A stretch of 64,000 nt of DNA from Eledone cirrhosa (taxonomy: Eukaryota). Location: NCBI GenBank assembly GCA_964016885.1, contig OZ024757.1, forward strand, positions 7,936,001 through 8,000,000. The letters are read 5' to 3'. The position numbers were made by a program, and so were the translations under genes. Shown one piece after another: positions 11,027-23,842 of this stretch; within the stretch, counting starts at the first letter, position 1, and each line of letters starts with the position of its first letter. The notes beneath the pieces are model-generated. The model had not been told where the DNA came from. It ran no database searches and saw only the letters and a list, made by a program, of their open reading frames with translations.

Positions 11027-11922
11027 AGAGGTGTGTCAGAAAAGTTCCAGGTCTGATGTCACAAAAGATTTATTTCAAACCCAAACTTCACACTAAGAGT
11101 TATCTCCTTCAAAGTAATCCCCCTGGAGTATGTAACTGTAATCTTAGCTCTCTGCAGCAATCAAACTTTTTTCTTCATAATTTTATATACGTGTCCTCTG
11201 TTTCAGGTCGTCAAGCAATGAGCACAGAGCAACGAACAAACTTGAAAACTCCGTCAGAATCACTGGGATTGCTGCAGCAAGTGTATGGAGATTAGACGAT
11301 GTCACGCTCACATGTTTTTGAGTGGTGCAAGAGGTTTAAAGAAGGATGCGACGACGTGGAAGATGACCTCAGGAGCGGAAGGTCCTCAACAACAAGGACT
11401 GAGGTCAACATTGAGCGTGTCAGGAAGATGGTGCGTAGCAATCGTCGGCTGACTGTTCGACTGATGGCTAATGAGCTGGGCATGAATCGGGACAGCGTCT
11501 GGAAGATTCTTACTGAAGATTTGGACATGCGGAAAGTCTGCGCGAAGATGGTGCCAAAACTGCTGAACGATGACCAGAAGGGTCGACGCATGCAAGTGTG
11601 CCAGGACATGCTCCAGCATCTTGAAACTGAACCAGACTTGTTAGGGACAGTCATCACCGGTGATGAGTCATGGATCTTCGAGTACGACCCGGAGGGGACC
11701 CGTTTTGAAGATGTAGATGACATCAAAAAGGCCGTGACGATGGAACTGTGGAGGGTCACGGAAGAATCCTTCCAGGAGTGCATGCAAGCTTGGCAGAAAA
11801 GGATGGAAAAGTGCATTAGACTCCAGGGGGATTACTTTGAAGGAGAAAACTCTTAGTGTGAAGTTTGGGTTTGAAATAAATCTTTTGTGTCATTAGTCCT
11901 GGAACTTTTCTGACCCACCTCA
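11027..11922 (+). mobile_element. Internally deleted mariner transposon
   Basis: TA-flanked, ~103-bp inverted repeats (11027-11129 and 11820-11922); ORF 11299-11856 has RSGRS, HTH, KMVPKLL and TGDESW fused in frame to the C-terminal ..QGDYFEG. Confidence 0.92.
11299..11856 (+). pseudogene. Mariner transposase remnant lacking the second and third catalytic aspartates
   Basis: ITGDESWIFEYDPE joins directly to GTRFEDVDDIK; the HDNA and YSPDL motifs are absent. Confidence 0.88.
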
Positions 11923-12694
11923 TATATATATATATATACACTGTCTACATTATATATTATACACTATATATGTTGTCCATGGGAAACTCAATGGCTGATA
12001 AGCTTGACACTAGTGACATCACAACATATATATACACTATATTATATATACACTGTGTACAATATATATATACAATATATATGATGTTGTCCAAGGGAAA
12101 GACAATGGCTGATACAGCTTGGCACCAGTGACAACACAACATATATATATACACTAAATATATATATATATATACACTGTGTACAATATATATTATACAC
12201 TATATATGTTGTTCAAGGGAAAGGCAATGGCTGATACAGCTTGGCACCAGTGACATCACAACATATATATGTAACTTATATCCCAGACTTCCATAGATTA
12301 TTTCTATTCTACAGCTATCTCTCTTCCCTAATTTCAAAATGTTCTGTTTACGTTATTATTATTATCATTCACTTGTTTCCACAATGTATATACTTAGACC
12401 TTGTTTTTGATATAAACCATGTTGGACATTGTCTCTTTCTCTACAAACTCATCCCTAACCCCCACCATTACCTCCCCTTTCTCTCACTCATTCATTTCGG
12501 TGTTTACGAAGCTTGGTGACCATCTTCGAAATTCTTGCATACTTGCCTTGTCTAATATGTCTACTTATATCTGCTTATTTCACCCAAATCTCCTGTGATG
12601 ATATATGTCATGATGGCTACCTATCTCACATTTTCCCACTCACCAGCATAGGCTATTTGACCAATCAAACCTCAGCAACATGTCCTTACCCATT

Positions 12695-12940
12695 ACCAGC
12701 CCCAGCAAACTCTGCCATTACTACTACTGTCCTTCTAGCCCTTACCAGCCCCAACAAACTCTGCCATTAATACTACTGTCCTTCTAGCCCTTACCAGCCC
12801 CAATACACTCTGCCATTACTACTACTGTCCTTCTAGACCTTACCAGCCCCAACAAACTCTGCTATTACTACTACTGTCCTTCTAGACCTTACTAGCCCCA
12901 ACAAACTCTGCCATTACTACTACTGTCCTTCTAGCCCTGC
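12695..12940. repeat. 49-bp minisatellite, about 5 copies
   Basis: CTTACCAGCCCCAACAAACTCTGCCATTACTACTACTGTCCTTCTAGCC at 12741, 12790, 12839 and onward. Confidence 0.9.
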
Positions 12941-12949
12941 ACCAAAGAA

Positions 12950-14558
12950 TACTTGATTACTGTTATGTATGGAGGAGCGAAGGATAAATGGAACAACCCC
13001 GAATAAATAAATGAATATGAATCCGCGAGTTACCAAGCACCCATGCGAAGCTTTAATTCAGAGACAGGAAGCATACACACTCCCCTTCAAAAATTCACCC
13101 TCTCCCACAAATGATGGCAAATGTCCAAAACTCTGAGTTGGCAGCATCAACATAAGCACAATGGAAGGAAGGGAAGGAGAAATTATAGACATGCTAGAGT
13201 GAAGGGATATTGACGTATGCTGTGTGCAAGAGACTAGATGGAGAGGAGAGTCCGCTAGAGTCCTTGTAGGCAAAAGTTAGTGCTATAAATTTTTCTGGGT
13301 GGGAAATGACAAAGGGATGGGTGGTGTAGGTATACTATTAGCTGACAAATGGGTAGATAAGGTAATAACCACACATATTGTTAACCAGGTAATACTAGAG
13401 GGTGTCATACCAAAGGATTGGTGCAGCAGCATCATCGTCAACTGCTACAAGGGTAAAGTAGATGCACTAGATAGAATAAACTATAGAGGTATAAAGCTGA
13501 TGGACCAGGTCATGAAAGTAATGGAAAGAGTCATAGCACAGTTGATCAGGGACTGGGTAAAACTAGATGAGATGCAGTTTGGGCTTGTGCCAGGAAAAAG
13601 CACCACTGATGCCCTCTTCCTTGTGATGCAGTTACAGGTAAAGTACCTAGCTAAAAGTAAGCCGCTCTACCTGGCTCTTGTCGATATGGAAAAAGTCTTC
13701 AACAGAGTGCCCGTGTTATAAGCTGGTCGTCTCTTAGAAAACTAGGAGTAGATGAACGGCTTGTGAAAGCTGTACAAGCCATGTATAGGGGAGCAGTCAA
13801 CAAAGTTAGGCTTAACAATGACTCTGGATGTTCAGAAAGTACAATAACTAGGGTAAGAACTGCTAGCTGCAAAAGGCTTTTCCCTCAAAATAAAAGGCAG
13901 ACAGTATGATGCGTGCATACGAAGAGCAATGTTACATGGTAGTGAGACCTGGGCGCTGTCTGTAGAAGACTTGCGTAGATTAGAAAGAAACGAAGCCTGC
14001 ATGCTCCGATGGATGTGTAATAGTAATATACGCGAACGGCAAAGCATTAACGAATTGAGAGAGAGACTGAGCATAAGAGGAATCAAATGCTGTGTGCAGG
14101 AGAGGCGGTTGTGTTGGTATGGACATGTGATGTGTATGAAGGATGACAGCTGCATAAAAAAGTGCAGAGCACTAGAAGTCAATGGACACCGCGGAGTGGG
14201 GAGACCCAAGAAGATCTGGGACGAGGTGATAAAAGCCGACCTTACCCAATTGCACCTCTCAAGAGCGATGACACAGGACCGTGACCTCTGGCTTCATGCG
14301 GTAATACTGAAGCACATAAGCAATATGCCCCCACCCCCACCCACTGTAAAGTAGCTCTGGAGGTGTCACGACAAAAAAGTACCCGGCACTGACTGTGAGG
14401 TTGGTGTTAGGAAGGGCATCCAGCTGTAGAAATCAAGCCAAAATCAGTTCCCATCTGAGCAAGACAAGGTCACCCCACCTGGCACTGCCCACAACAGAAC
14501 AATCTGTCTAACCCATACTACCGTGGAAGAAGGGACGTAAAACGGTGATGAAGATGAT
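12950..14558 (+). mobile_element. Internally deleted RTE-clade LINE
   Basis: APE fragment (DVCCVQETRWRG, GGVGILL), RT fragment (NYRGIKL, QFGLVPGKSTTDA, VDMEKVF), C-terminus (MLHGSETW, WYGHV, GRPKK), 3' UTR and GAT tail. Confidence 0.9.
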
Positions 14559-14621
14559 ATACATATATATATACACTGTGTACAGTATATATACACTATA
14601 TACAGTATATATATACACTAT

Positions 14622-15056
14622 ATACAGTGCTGTAGTGGAGTCTGTGCTGCTGTATGGGTCTGAGACTTGGACACTGACCAAGAGACTCACTCAGATGGTG
14701 GATGGGTGCTACACGAGAATGCTGAGGATGGCTCTGAACATTAATCAGTATACAGTGAGGAAGAAAAACTCAGAGCTGTATGGGAGCATCCCAAAAGTCA
14801 GCTCAAAAGTGACACAGAGGAGACTGAGGTTGGCTGGACATGCTCACCGACATCCAGAGTTGACATTGCACTCAGTGCTCCTTTGGGAGCCCCGACATGG
14901 ACACACTAGAAGGTTAACATATGTTGATGCCCTAAGGACAGACACTGGTCTGTTGGAGATGCAGGATATGGCAGCGATAATGAGGGACAGAGACCGCTGG
15001 AGAGAACTCGTCCATGGATCTCGGGAATTTTACCCGCCTTAGAGATAGATAGATAC
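14622..15056 (+). mobile_element. 5'-truncated LINE (RTE-related) 3' end inserted in TA-rich repeat
   Basis: VESVLLYGSETWTLT..DGCYTRMLRMALNI..RRLRLAGH; (GATA)n tail. Confidence 0.8.
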
Positions 15057-15569
15057 AGTATATATTATACACTAGAGAAAGGCAATGGCCAATACAGCTT
15101 GGCACCGGTGACGTCACAACGTATATATATACTATTTATATACACAGTGTATATATTATATATACACTGTGTACAGTATATATACACTGTGTACAGTATA
15201 TATACACTATATATATGTCCAAGAGAAAGGTTATGGACGATACAGCTTGGGACTAGTAACATCACAACATATATATATACAATATATATTATACAGTATA
15301 TATACACTATATATATTATACAGTATATATACACTATATGTATTATACAGTATATATACACTATATATATGTCCAAGGGAAAGGCTATGGCCGATACAGC
15401 TTGGCACCAGTGACATCACAACTCATTTCTACAGCTGAGTAAATTGGAGCAACGGGAAATAAAGTGTCTTGCTCAAGGACACAACACAACACCCTGTCCG
15501 AGGAACGAACTCAACCCCTTTTAATTGTAAGCCCAATGCTCTAACCACTAAGCCAGGATACGTGCCAGA

Positions 15570-16133
15570 ACCAGCCGTGATACAGAGAGACCATAAAAAC
15601 AACCGTTGTTTTCATAGCCTTAAAATACCTCATACATGCTTTAAGTACATATAAACTCATTAAAACACACTTTTGTATTTAAACACCAACAACAGCCAGT
15701 AACGATCGTATAGAAACTACCATCAACCATCATACCACTAGTTACCAATGAGGACTATTGCCAGCCACGGTAGCCACTTGGTAATACACTGCACATCTCC
15801 CGTCAATCTATGAAGGGTTTGTAGTAGATTAGAGCAAAACACAATCAGTAAAACAGTAATGGAATGAAAAATATAAACATTTGTTCATAATTAAAGCCTT
15901 AAGATGTCCCTTCCTTACGATATACACTTTAATAACATTGAAACTTATTTAATAAGTTTAAAATTTAAACACTTTTTATTCAGACATACCGCGATAAGAA
16001 ACTAGATATGTTCTAACGAATAATCCGCGATGTGGCGAGGATTACCGCGATAGGAAATTAGATACGTTCCAAAGAAATATCCGCGATGTAACGGGACCGC
16101 GAAAAGTGAACCGCGATATAGCGGGGATTACTG
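15570..16133. mobile_element. Tigger/pogo-like MITE remnant
   Basis: Repeated CCGCGAT subterminal motifs and end ..ATAGCGGGGATTACTG|TA; left end unclear. Confidence 0.5.
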
Positions 16134-16263
16134 TATATATACACACACAACATACATCTATCTATATACACACATAACATTTATTCCGATATCTTACATT
16201 AAAATGTTGACTGAGGGTGTGACAACTGTTTCTTGTTTGAGGTTGTTCCAGTGGTTGAAATAT

Positions 16264-17113
16264 AGACGGAGGTAATTTAAATAATAAAGACAGTCATGAT
16301 AACAATATATTTTATATCACATGTAACAGTGGAATCTGGTTAATTACTGGATCGTTGTAAGGTTCACATAATTATATTCTTTACATACATTAATATAGAC
16401 ATTAAGTAAATCTTTGTCCACTTACCTCCTTCACATATAATCAATGTGTTGTGTTGTTAGTTGTTACTAAACAACCAAAGAAATAATCTCTTTGTTATCA
16501 AATTAGAAGTTTCAATGTTATCAGCTTTATTTCACGACATTAACGTTGGTGTAACTTCTTCATCTTTAGTCATAAATTGATATCTTGTCAGAATGAAGTA
16601 GTGAGGCTGACTTTATGTCTTTAGCTACAGATTTGATAGGAAATATATATATATTAGGTTGATATGTGGTCTAAAATATATATATTGTCTATAAATGACT
16701 GATAGCAGTGTTCTGGTGAAATAGTAGTTTTACTACTACAGATTGTAATGGAACTCTTAGTAGACACAATTGTAAAGTAAGAATAGATATGACAGTGTAA
16801 GACTGATGTCGGGGAATTAAAATTGTGTATATATATATATATATAATTGTTACACAAGATATAATTTGATTAATTAAAGTTATAATGAAGACAGCAGGTA
16901 CGCGGTGTCGTTGAGAACGTTTCAACTCTCTTAACGGTGTCATTATTTAAAAGTCCCTGATATAATTTAATACTGTCAGACACAGTTCCAATCGTATTTA
17001 ATTTATTGTAAATCAGAAAGTATCACTCAGTAAAATATCAATTATATATCAATAAGAAAACCTCTACGTAGTCTCTCTAACTGCTAGAAATAGCAGCGAA
17101 ATTATCCAATACA
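16264..17113 (-). repeat. Inverted duplicate of 55628-56478 (putative promoter and 5'-UTR exons of a zinc-finger gene)
   Basis: Colinear high similarity in reverse orientation, including a GAAGGAG|GTAAGT donor (~16421-16430 here, 56315 in the copy). Confidence 0.85.
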
Positions 17114-17202
17114 ACTGTTCTCTCTCTATATATATTTATATATATATACACACACATATATGTACGTATGTATGTAAATGTGTATACAACTCTTATGTAT
17201 AT

Positions 17203-17680
17203 GTATAAACAACTATTTTATGGAGAGTTACTTAAAGGAAAACGACCTCCACATAAACCAAAAAAGAGGTATAAGGATTCCTTGAAAGCCTCTTTGAAAG
17301 ACGCTAACATCTCTGCTGATACATGGGAAAATGTTGCTGCTGAACGTAATGTGGGATGTGAGGAAGGGCATTACCGTTGCATTTGCAGCCTCTGTGCGAG
17401 ATTTTACCTCAGCAAAGCTGGACTCGAAAGTCATCTTCGCAGTCACAAAGTAAGACCAATGGTTGACTACCAGGCTGCTGTTGGAGATGCTACTCATCAT
17501 GCTTGCCAAGCATGTGGTAGAGAATGTAACTCAGCAGGAAGGCTCAAACGACATGCAAAAGTACATCAACTCCAGCCACAGCCGGCTATTCCCAGTGAAT
17601 GTTTTGGTTGCCAACTCTGTGCAAGACATTTTAGATCATTGGCCGGGTTAAAAAGCCACATTCGATCGCAGCGCTGTTAG
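17203..17680 (+). mobile_element. RTE/BovB-like LINE C-terminal fragment with three C2H2-type motifs
   Basis: KQLFYGEL..GKR...PKKRYKDSLK followed by CSLC..GLESHLRSH, CQAC..RLKRHAKVH and CQLC..GLKSHIRSQ. Confidence 0.7.
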
Positions 17681-18149
17681 TTGCTTATCACACGTGTATG
17701 TGTGTGTATATGTGTGTGTGTGTAGATATATATATATATATATACGTGTGTTTCATGGTAGCTATGGTGCTTCCATAGGCGGTATGACAAAATTAGCACT
17801 CAATGTTCTTACAGAGCTAGTGTGAATAGTATAAAAAAACGAAAAATCAGTGATGTATCTAGACTCTGTTTATAGCGTGTTTCAATTGTTTCACCGACAG
17901 GTAGCTCGAGACATGATCATTGTATGGATCTGGCTGATTCTACGGCTACAGGTTCTTCGGACACATGGACATCTTTCGGAGAAAATTTTCTCACTGGGGT
18001 GTCCCCATCAAAATACATCTTCCACTCTTGTTGCCATTGTCTGTTGTTTTTCTACGTCTTCATAAATTCTGGTCAGTATTTACTGCTACACAGGTCAGCA
18101 GCCATTCTCCATCCGACACACTTCAATGGAGCCATGCTGTATTTGGTAT

Positions 18150-18830
18150 CTCACACGTCTGTTCACACTCGCGAGCATGTACACACACATATACACACAC
18201 ACGCATGCACATACACCTGCATGCATACACACATGTACGCACAGATGTGTAGGCACACACATCCCCGTACAAATATATACCCACGCACACACTCTCCCTC
18301 TGTTACACATACCCAAGCACACCCAAACCTACACCACCACAGGTCTACTGGCGCCTGCCTCCACGGCCCTCACATCCTGACTCACACGCACGCACAAGCG
18401 CAGACACACGCGTACACACATGCAAGGGCACATATCGGCGTACGGGCACATCTGCACATATATACACAAGCACTCACAGACACATACATGGACACACATA
18501 CGCACATACATGCATATTCTTATGGCTAGGCAACAAAGACAGACACACTTCTAAAGATATAAGTACAGATACACACACAGAGATACAGACCTGTACACAT
18601 ATCTACACACAGGTACATGTACCCGCATATAAACAAACCCTGTCCTATGCGGGTGTACGTACGCACACACAGACATATAGATACATCATGTATATATGTG
18701 TGTGTGTACACACACACACACATATATAAACATATACATATGTGTATACATACACACATACACATACTTACTTATAGACACATATGTCTATATGTGTACA
18801 CACACAAACGTATATACACACACGTACATA
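18150..18830. repeat. CA/TA-rich low-complexity tract
   Basis: Imperfect (CA)n/(TACA)n; source of spurious His/Thr-rich ORFs. Confidence 0.85.
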
Positions 18831-18864
18831 TATATTATTATTGTTGTTGTTGTCATTATTATTA

Positions 18865-19062
18865 GGGCGGTGGATTGGCAGTATCGGTAGAGGGTCGGGC
18901 GCCATGCTTTGACGCATAGAGTTACGGCCCTTGCTATTCTGAGTTCAAATCCCGCCGAGGTTAACTTTGCCTTTCATCCTTACGGGGTTGATAAAATAAA
19001 GTACCAGTAATGCACTGGGATAATTGCTGGCCTTGTGCCAAAAGTAGAAACAATTATTATTG
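18865..19062 (+). mobile_element. Full-length tRNA-derived SINE with Meta/MESC-like domain
   Basis: A-box-like TGGCAGTATCGG, B-box GAGTTCAAATCCC, central GCCTTTCATCCTTACGGGGTTGATAAAAT, (ATT)n tail. Confidence 0.85.
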
Positions 19063-19074
19063 TTGTTTTTTTCT

Positions 19075-19680
19075 CGTGCAATGGTCATACTCGATAACGA
19101 GGGGGCAGCCATCATATATGGGTATGTATGTGTGTTTGCACGTATGTATGGTGTGTATATATGTACATAGGGTTTTGGTATATGTACGTTTGGTGAACAT
19201 GTGTATTTACCTGTAAGTATGTGTGAGTGTGCGTTCTATACGCATTTATGCGTGTATATTTATATGTGTATATATAATTATATGTATACACACACACATA
19301 TATTTATGTGTATTTGGTGTATATGTCCGTACGTGTGCGGGTATATGTGACGCGCCGGTTTACGTCTGTGTGCGCGTGTTTATGTGTACGTGCATGTATA
19401 TACATGCATGGTGTGTGTTTTCGTATATACACCTGTATAAATGTGTGTATGTATATATTTAATTATTACTTTTATGATTTTAATAACCTCTGTCATTTTC
19501 GTTCAACTAATTTATTTACATTATTCTGAACTCCGAAGCCGAGAATCATTAAGTTTCCTAAATAGTATATTAGTCTACGCCTCCATTTATACCATAAACG
19601 TGGTTTTGTCTTTACGTGTAATTGTTGTCACCGCTCCACATAACGACGTATTATCTTCGCTTTTTTCCATTCATTGCCAG
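19075..19680 (+). repeat. Second copy of the 2193-2715 repeat, without the hAT insertion and without the hammerhead end
   Basis: Near-identical to 2193 onward from 19163. Confidence 0.85.
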
Positions 19681-19719
19681 GAAACGTCTTCACGAATCAA
19701 AGCATAAATTATTTTCATA

Positions 19720-20030
19720 TATATATAATATTATAAAGCTGAGTGTCGTGTGTATTATGTATGTATCCTACACACCTCCCTATAGTTTGTTAGCTTTACT
19801 CTCTCCGTCGTTCTTCCCTCTCTCTATAATAGACCATTCCCCCTCTCTATAATTTAACTGCTTTACTCTCTCTGTCGCTCTTCGCTTTCAAATATTATAA
19901 AGCTGAGTGTCGTCTCTCTCTCCCTCTTTCACCCTCTCTATAATTTAACTGCGTTACTCTCTGTCTCTCTTCACTCTCTATATGACAACACTCTTTTACT
20001 TTCCATAGAGATGAGCGTCGTATGCACTAT
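19720..20030 (+). mobile_element. Possible non-autonomous Helitron 5' fragment
   Basis: Duplicated AATATTATAAAGCTGAGTGTCGT followed by CT-rich subrepeats, resembling Helitron-N 5' ends. Confidence 0.35.
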
Positions 20031-20267
20031 ATATAATGTCCAGAGGAATGGCTGAAACAGCTTGACACCAGCATTTATCATATATATATATGCACTATAC
20101 ATACTATGTATACACTATATATATATATCATCATCATCACCATCATCGGTTAATGGTCCTATTTTGAGGCAAGTTGTGTCAGGTGACCATGACAGCTCAT
20201 ATAGGGGTGTTTCTGTCTGGTTTTCTATGGCTGGATGCCCTTCCTAATACCAACCACATTGACAATG

Positions 20268-21490
20268 AGGTGCCTGGAGTCCCTGAATGCCAGTTCCGGT
20301 GGGCAGCTGACTGGTTGCATGTGTGGCCCGCTCACACGCCGACACCCAGTTGCACCGGACTGAACTCCTCGCCCACTTCAGGTGTTATGGACCTGCAGAC
20401 CAGCTTGGCTGCCAGCCCCTGGAAAACATTGCCCCCAGAGATGGGGCCTCTGCCACCCTCTTTCTTCCTGAGAGTGGTCAGGCTAGCCGAAAAAGAGGCC
20501 TTGGGTGTGAGGGTCCAGGGCGCCATGGATTAGCCTATTGGTGAGTGCCACAATTGCACTCAGAAGGCAGCGCCTGGCCTCAGCGGAGTGGGGGGATAGC
20601 AACACCTTGAGGTGGCTAGGCCGGATACTATCAGCACCTCCGCTGCTGCTAGCTGGGAAGGACTTGATGGCGGACATGATGTTTGCATAGGAAGCCACAA
20701 GGAGCAAGTGGGGATTGGGTGGGGCTATGGGTCTGAGATCGGCGAGTGGTTCAGGGTGCTTGAGTCTCAGGGCAGCCAGGACCTCCTCAGTGGGTTGGAG
20801 GACAGTGTCCTATGAGGTAACCACTCTGACTGCAGCCGAGACATCACCCCTGATTAATTTGACTTTTACACGTTCACGCAAACGCTTGGTGCTGGCCTCA
20901 GGGGTGGAGGATTGGGTGGAGGATTGGGGTATGTGGTGTCCTTAGGCACATTTGGAATGGGCCCTTGCCCAAACGATGAAACATTGGCCTTGACAAAGGC
21001 TGCTGTCGACCGGCTGGCTCTGACAGCACCAGAGATGGGGAGGCCGAGGTCAAGTGGGACAAATTAGAAGAGTCGCACCCAGTCGCTGGTTTGATTTGAT
21101 TCCAGTGCACTCCTAATCGACGAAGCAAGGGCATCGGCTACCGGCACCCGTGCTGCTCTCGGGAGCCTGCGTGGTATCTTCCAGCACCGCCTGAGCCGAG
21201 CAATGATGACCAGCGACGTTAGGGCATCAGGCAAGCTCACTGTCTCATCTGGTAGTGTGCTAGATGTCCGTGGCTGGGCAGACAAGGAGAAGAGACAGTT
21301 TCTCCATCTCCACTATGCGAGGTCCTGCAGGTGTCGACTGGTGGGGATAGAGGATGGGGCATGGGGCACGGAGCGGAATCAGTGGTGAGTGGCTGGCTGC
21401 CACCAGCCTCGGTGCTAGGCACAACTGTGTGGGTGGAAGGGAAAGTGCTGATAAGCGGGTCTCATAGCTCACCTACATCAGATATGGAGG
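20268..21490 (-). mobile_element. CRE-type (RLE) non-LTR retrotransposon 5' fragment
   Basis: Frameshifted SFPASSSGGADSIRPSHL, ASLTTLRKKEGG, PVQLGVGV; homologous to 53950-54800. Confidence 0.82.
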
Positions 21491-22227
21491 CGTCAGAAGA
21501 CAAGAGAGAAAAGAAGGGGGTGCATGGAGGGGGGGACAACAGAAGGTAGAATGTTAGCAAATAAATAAATGAATGAATGGAGGAATATACAAAAAAGAAA
21601 ACAGGGGGTTGTTCCCAGCGGGAAGACCCAGACTTCAGCATGCACACATGTGAGCATGTTAGCAGTTTCTCATAGAACCTTGTGGCTAAAGGTGAGTCTT
21701 TCAATCCTGAAAACATGTGTGTTGTTGTTATTGTCACTGCCTTCCTCTTGTTGATGTTGGTGGTAGTTGAAACTGCTTCCTATTCGGGCTGCCAGGCTGG
21801 TTGCTGGGACTCGAACGCCTTCTTTAACCGAAGATGCGGGGTCGTTGTTATTGTCACTGTTTCTGTCGCTGCCTTCCTCTTGTTAATGGTAGTGATAATT
21901 GTTGGTGCTACCTATATCGGCTGTCAAGCTGGCTGCTGTATCAGCTTCTGTGAGTGACGCTCCAATGGCCTTCTTGACCAAAGATGCAGGTCAATGGCTT
22001 TTGGCATCGCTTGGCAACACAACGGCAAATAAATATATTCTCTATTTTATTTTTCTTTCTTTCTAATCCGATTCAATATCATCAATTGGAAAGACCAATG
22101 GAAACATTGTTTCCCTGGTCCAATCTGATGAGTTCCACTCCACTTGGTAAGTAAGGTCTGAGATGTTGAAATTTATTACAAAAAAATCACTAAGACCAAG
22201 ATACTGGGTTGGTATAACTACCTGGTT

Positions 22228-22860
22228 TGTATGTGTTGTGGTGTGGTGTGTGGTGTGGTATGTGTTGTGATGTGTGGTATGGTGCGTTGTGGTGTGGTGT
22301 GATATGGTGTGTTGTGTTATGTGGTGTGGTATGTGGTGTGTTGTGGTATGTGGTGTGTGGTGTGATATGTGGTATGTGGTATGTGGTGTGTGTTGTGGTA
22401 TGTGATGTGGTGTGGTGTGTTGTGGTGTGGTATGTAGTGTGGTGTGTGTTGTGGTATGTGGTGTGTTGTTGTGTGGTATATTGTGGTATGGTGTAGGGTG
22501 TGTTGTGCTGTGATGTGTGTTGTAGTGTGGTGTGGTGTGGTGTGTGGTGTGGTATGTGGTGTGGTATGGTGTAGTATGTGGTGTGGTGTGGTATGTGGTG
22601 TGTTGTGGTATGTGGTGTGGTATGATGTGTGGTGTGTTGTGGTATGTGGTGTGGTGTGGTATGGTATGTGGTGTGGTGTGGTATGGTGTAGTATGTGGTG
22701 TGGTGTGGTATGTGGTGTTTTGTGGTATGTGGTGTGGTATGTGGTGTGTTGTGGTATGTGGTGTGGTGTGGTATGGTGTAGTATGTGGTGTGGTGTGGTA
22801 TGTGGTGTGGTGTGGTATGTGGTGTGGTGTGGTATGTTGTGGTGTGTGGGTGTGTGCAGG
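22228..22860. repeat. (TGTGG/GTATG)n low-complexity minisatellite
   Basis: Pentamer-based G/T tract with almost no C on the + strand. Confidence 0.92.
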
Positions 22861-23319
22861 ATGATGTGTAGTGTAAAGATGAAATTTTACACACATAGGA
22901 CCTAGAAGGTGTGTGAGGACTCTACCCCCTTCAACCCTCTCAGAAATAAATGGCTGAAGAAAAAGTGAAGAAAGTTGTAAAGTATTTTCAAATGTGAATT
23001 ATTTTTTTAAAAAGTCAAAATGTCAACTGTCATGAAAGTACCATCCAACAAATATTAAAGTTATGCAATTGATTTTATTTACACATGTGGATATTTTGTC
23101 ATAAATATAAATATAAACCAGTTAAGGTTTACTAAATAAACACATATAAACACATCAATTTTTTTTTTTTTTAATGATGTAGTCGTAAGAGTGTCACTGT
23201 GGACATTTGAAGCTTGGTGGAGCCCTTCACTCTCCAGGTTTGAACAGTTGATTTCTTCCAGAGAAAGAGAGAGATTAAGAGGGAGTAAGTGAGATAGAAA
23301 TATAGAGAGGAAGGACAGA

Positions 23320-23685
23320 CCCCTGTGGTAGACTGGTATTGTTTTTTATCAACCTTGAATGGGCCAAAGAAAGTTGACCTCAGCAGGATTTAAACTCAGA
23401 GAGCAGAGAACCAGGATAAATATGGCAGAAAACATTCTATTTATTGTTTTATAGACTTTAAATAAATGTTTCTACTTTTGACTCAAGGCCAGCAATTTGA
23501 AGAGAAAGGGGAATGCCAATTAAATCAGGCCCAGTGCATTACTGTTACTGTTTTTTATCAACCTTGAATGGAAGAAAGTCAAAGTTGAGCATGGCATGAT
23601 TTAAACCCAGAACATAAAGGACTGTAACTTTATGACACAATGCATATCGTCTGACACTCTACTGATTCTGCAAATCCACCACCCT
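23320..23685 (-). mobile_element. Two degenerate SINE copies (same family as 18865)
   Basis: TTTATCAACC..AAAGTTGA...GATTTAAAC.CAGA motifs occur twice. Confidence 0.55.
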
Positions 23686-23842
23686 CAACAATGAAATGAG
23701 ATTGTGTCTCTGTAAGAGCCCTTAATGACAAATAATATGAAGGGGTACTTTCTACAGGCTGTATTTGTTAATTACAATACAAAATCTCTGAGAATGATTT
23801 CCAACATAATAAATGTTCATCAATATATATTAATATTATTAT

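Larger units (their letters stand above)
10835..15567 (-). mobile_element. tRNA-derived (CORE-like) SINE split by internal repeat expansion and nested insertions
   Basis: Head and core at 15420-15560 (GTGTCCTTGAGCAAGACAC on the minus strand); tail at 10835-11010; the internal segment GTCCAAGGGAAAGG..GATACAGCTTGGCACCAGTGAC recurs about 7 times in between. Confidence 0.6.

Noticed and set aside
17870-17915. Minus-strand ACC-TGTC-GGT-GAAA-CAATTG resembling half a hammerhead
   Set aside because: No CUGANGA box upstream.
22063-22905. Long His/Thr-rich and Cys/Val/Trp-rich ORFs
   Set aside because: Translation of a (TGTGG)n low-complexity tract that is open on both strands.
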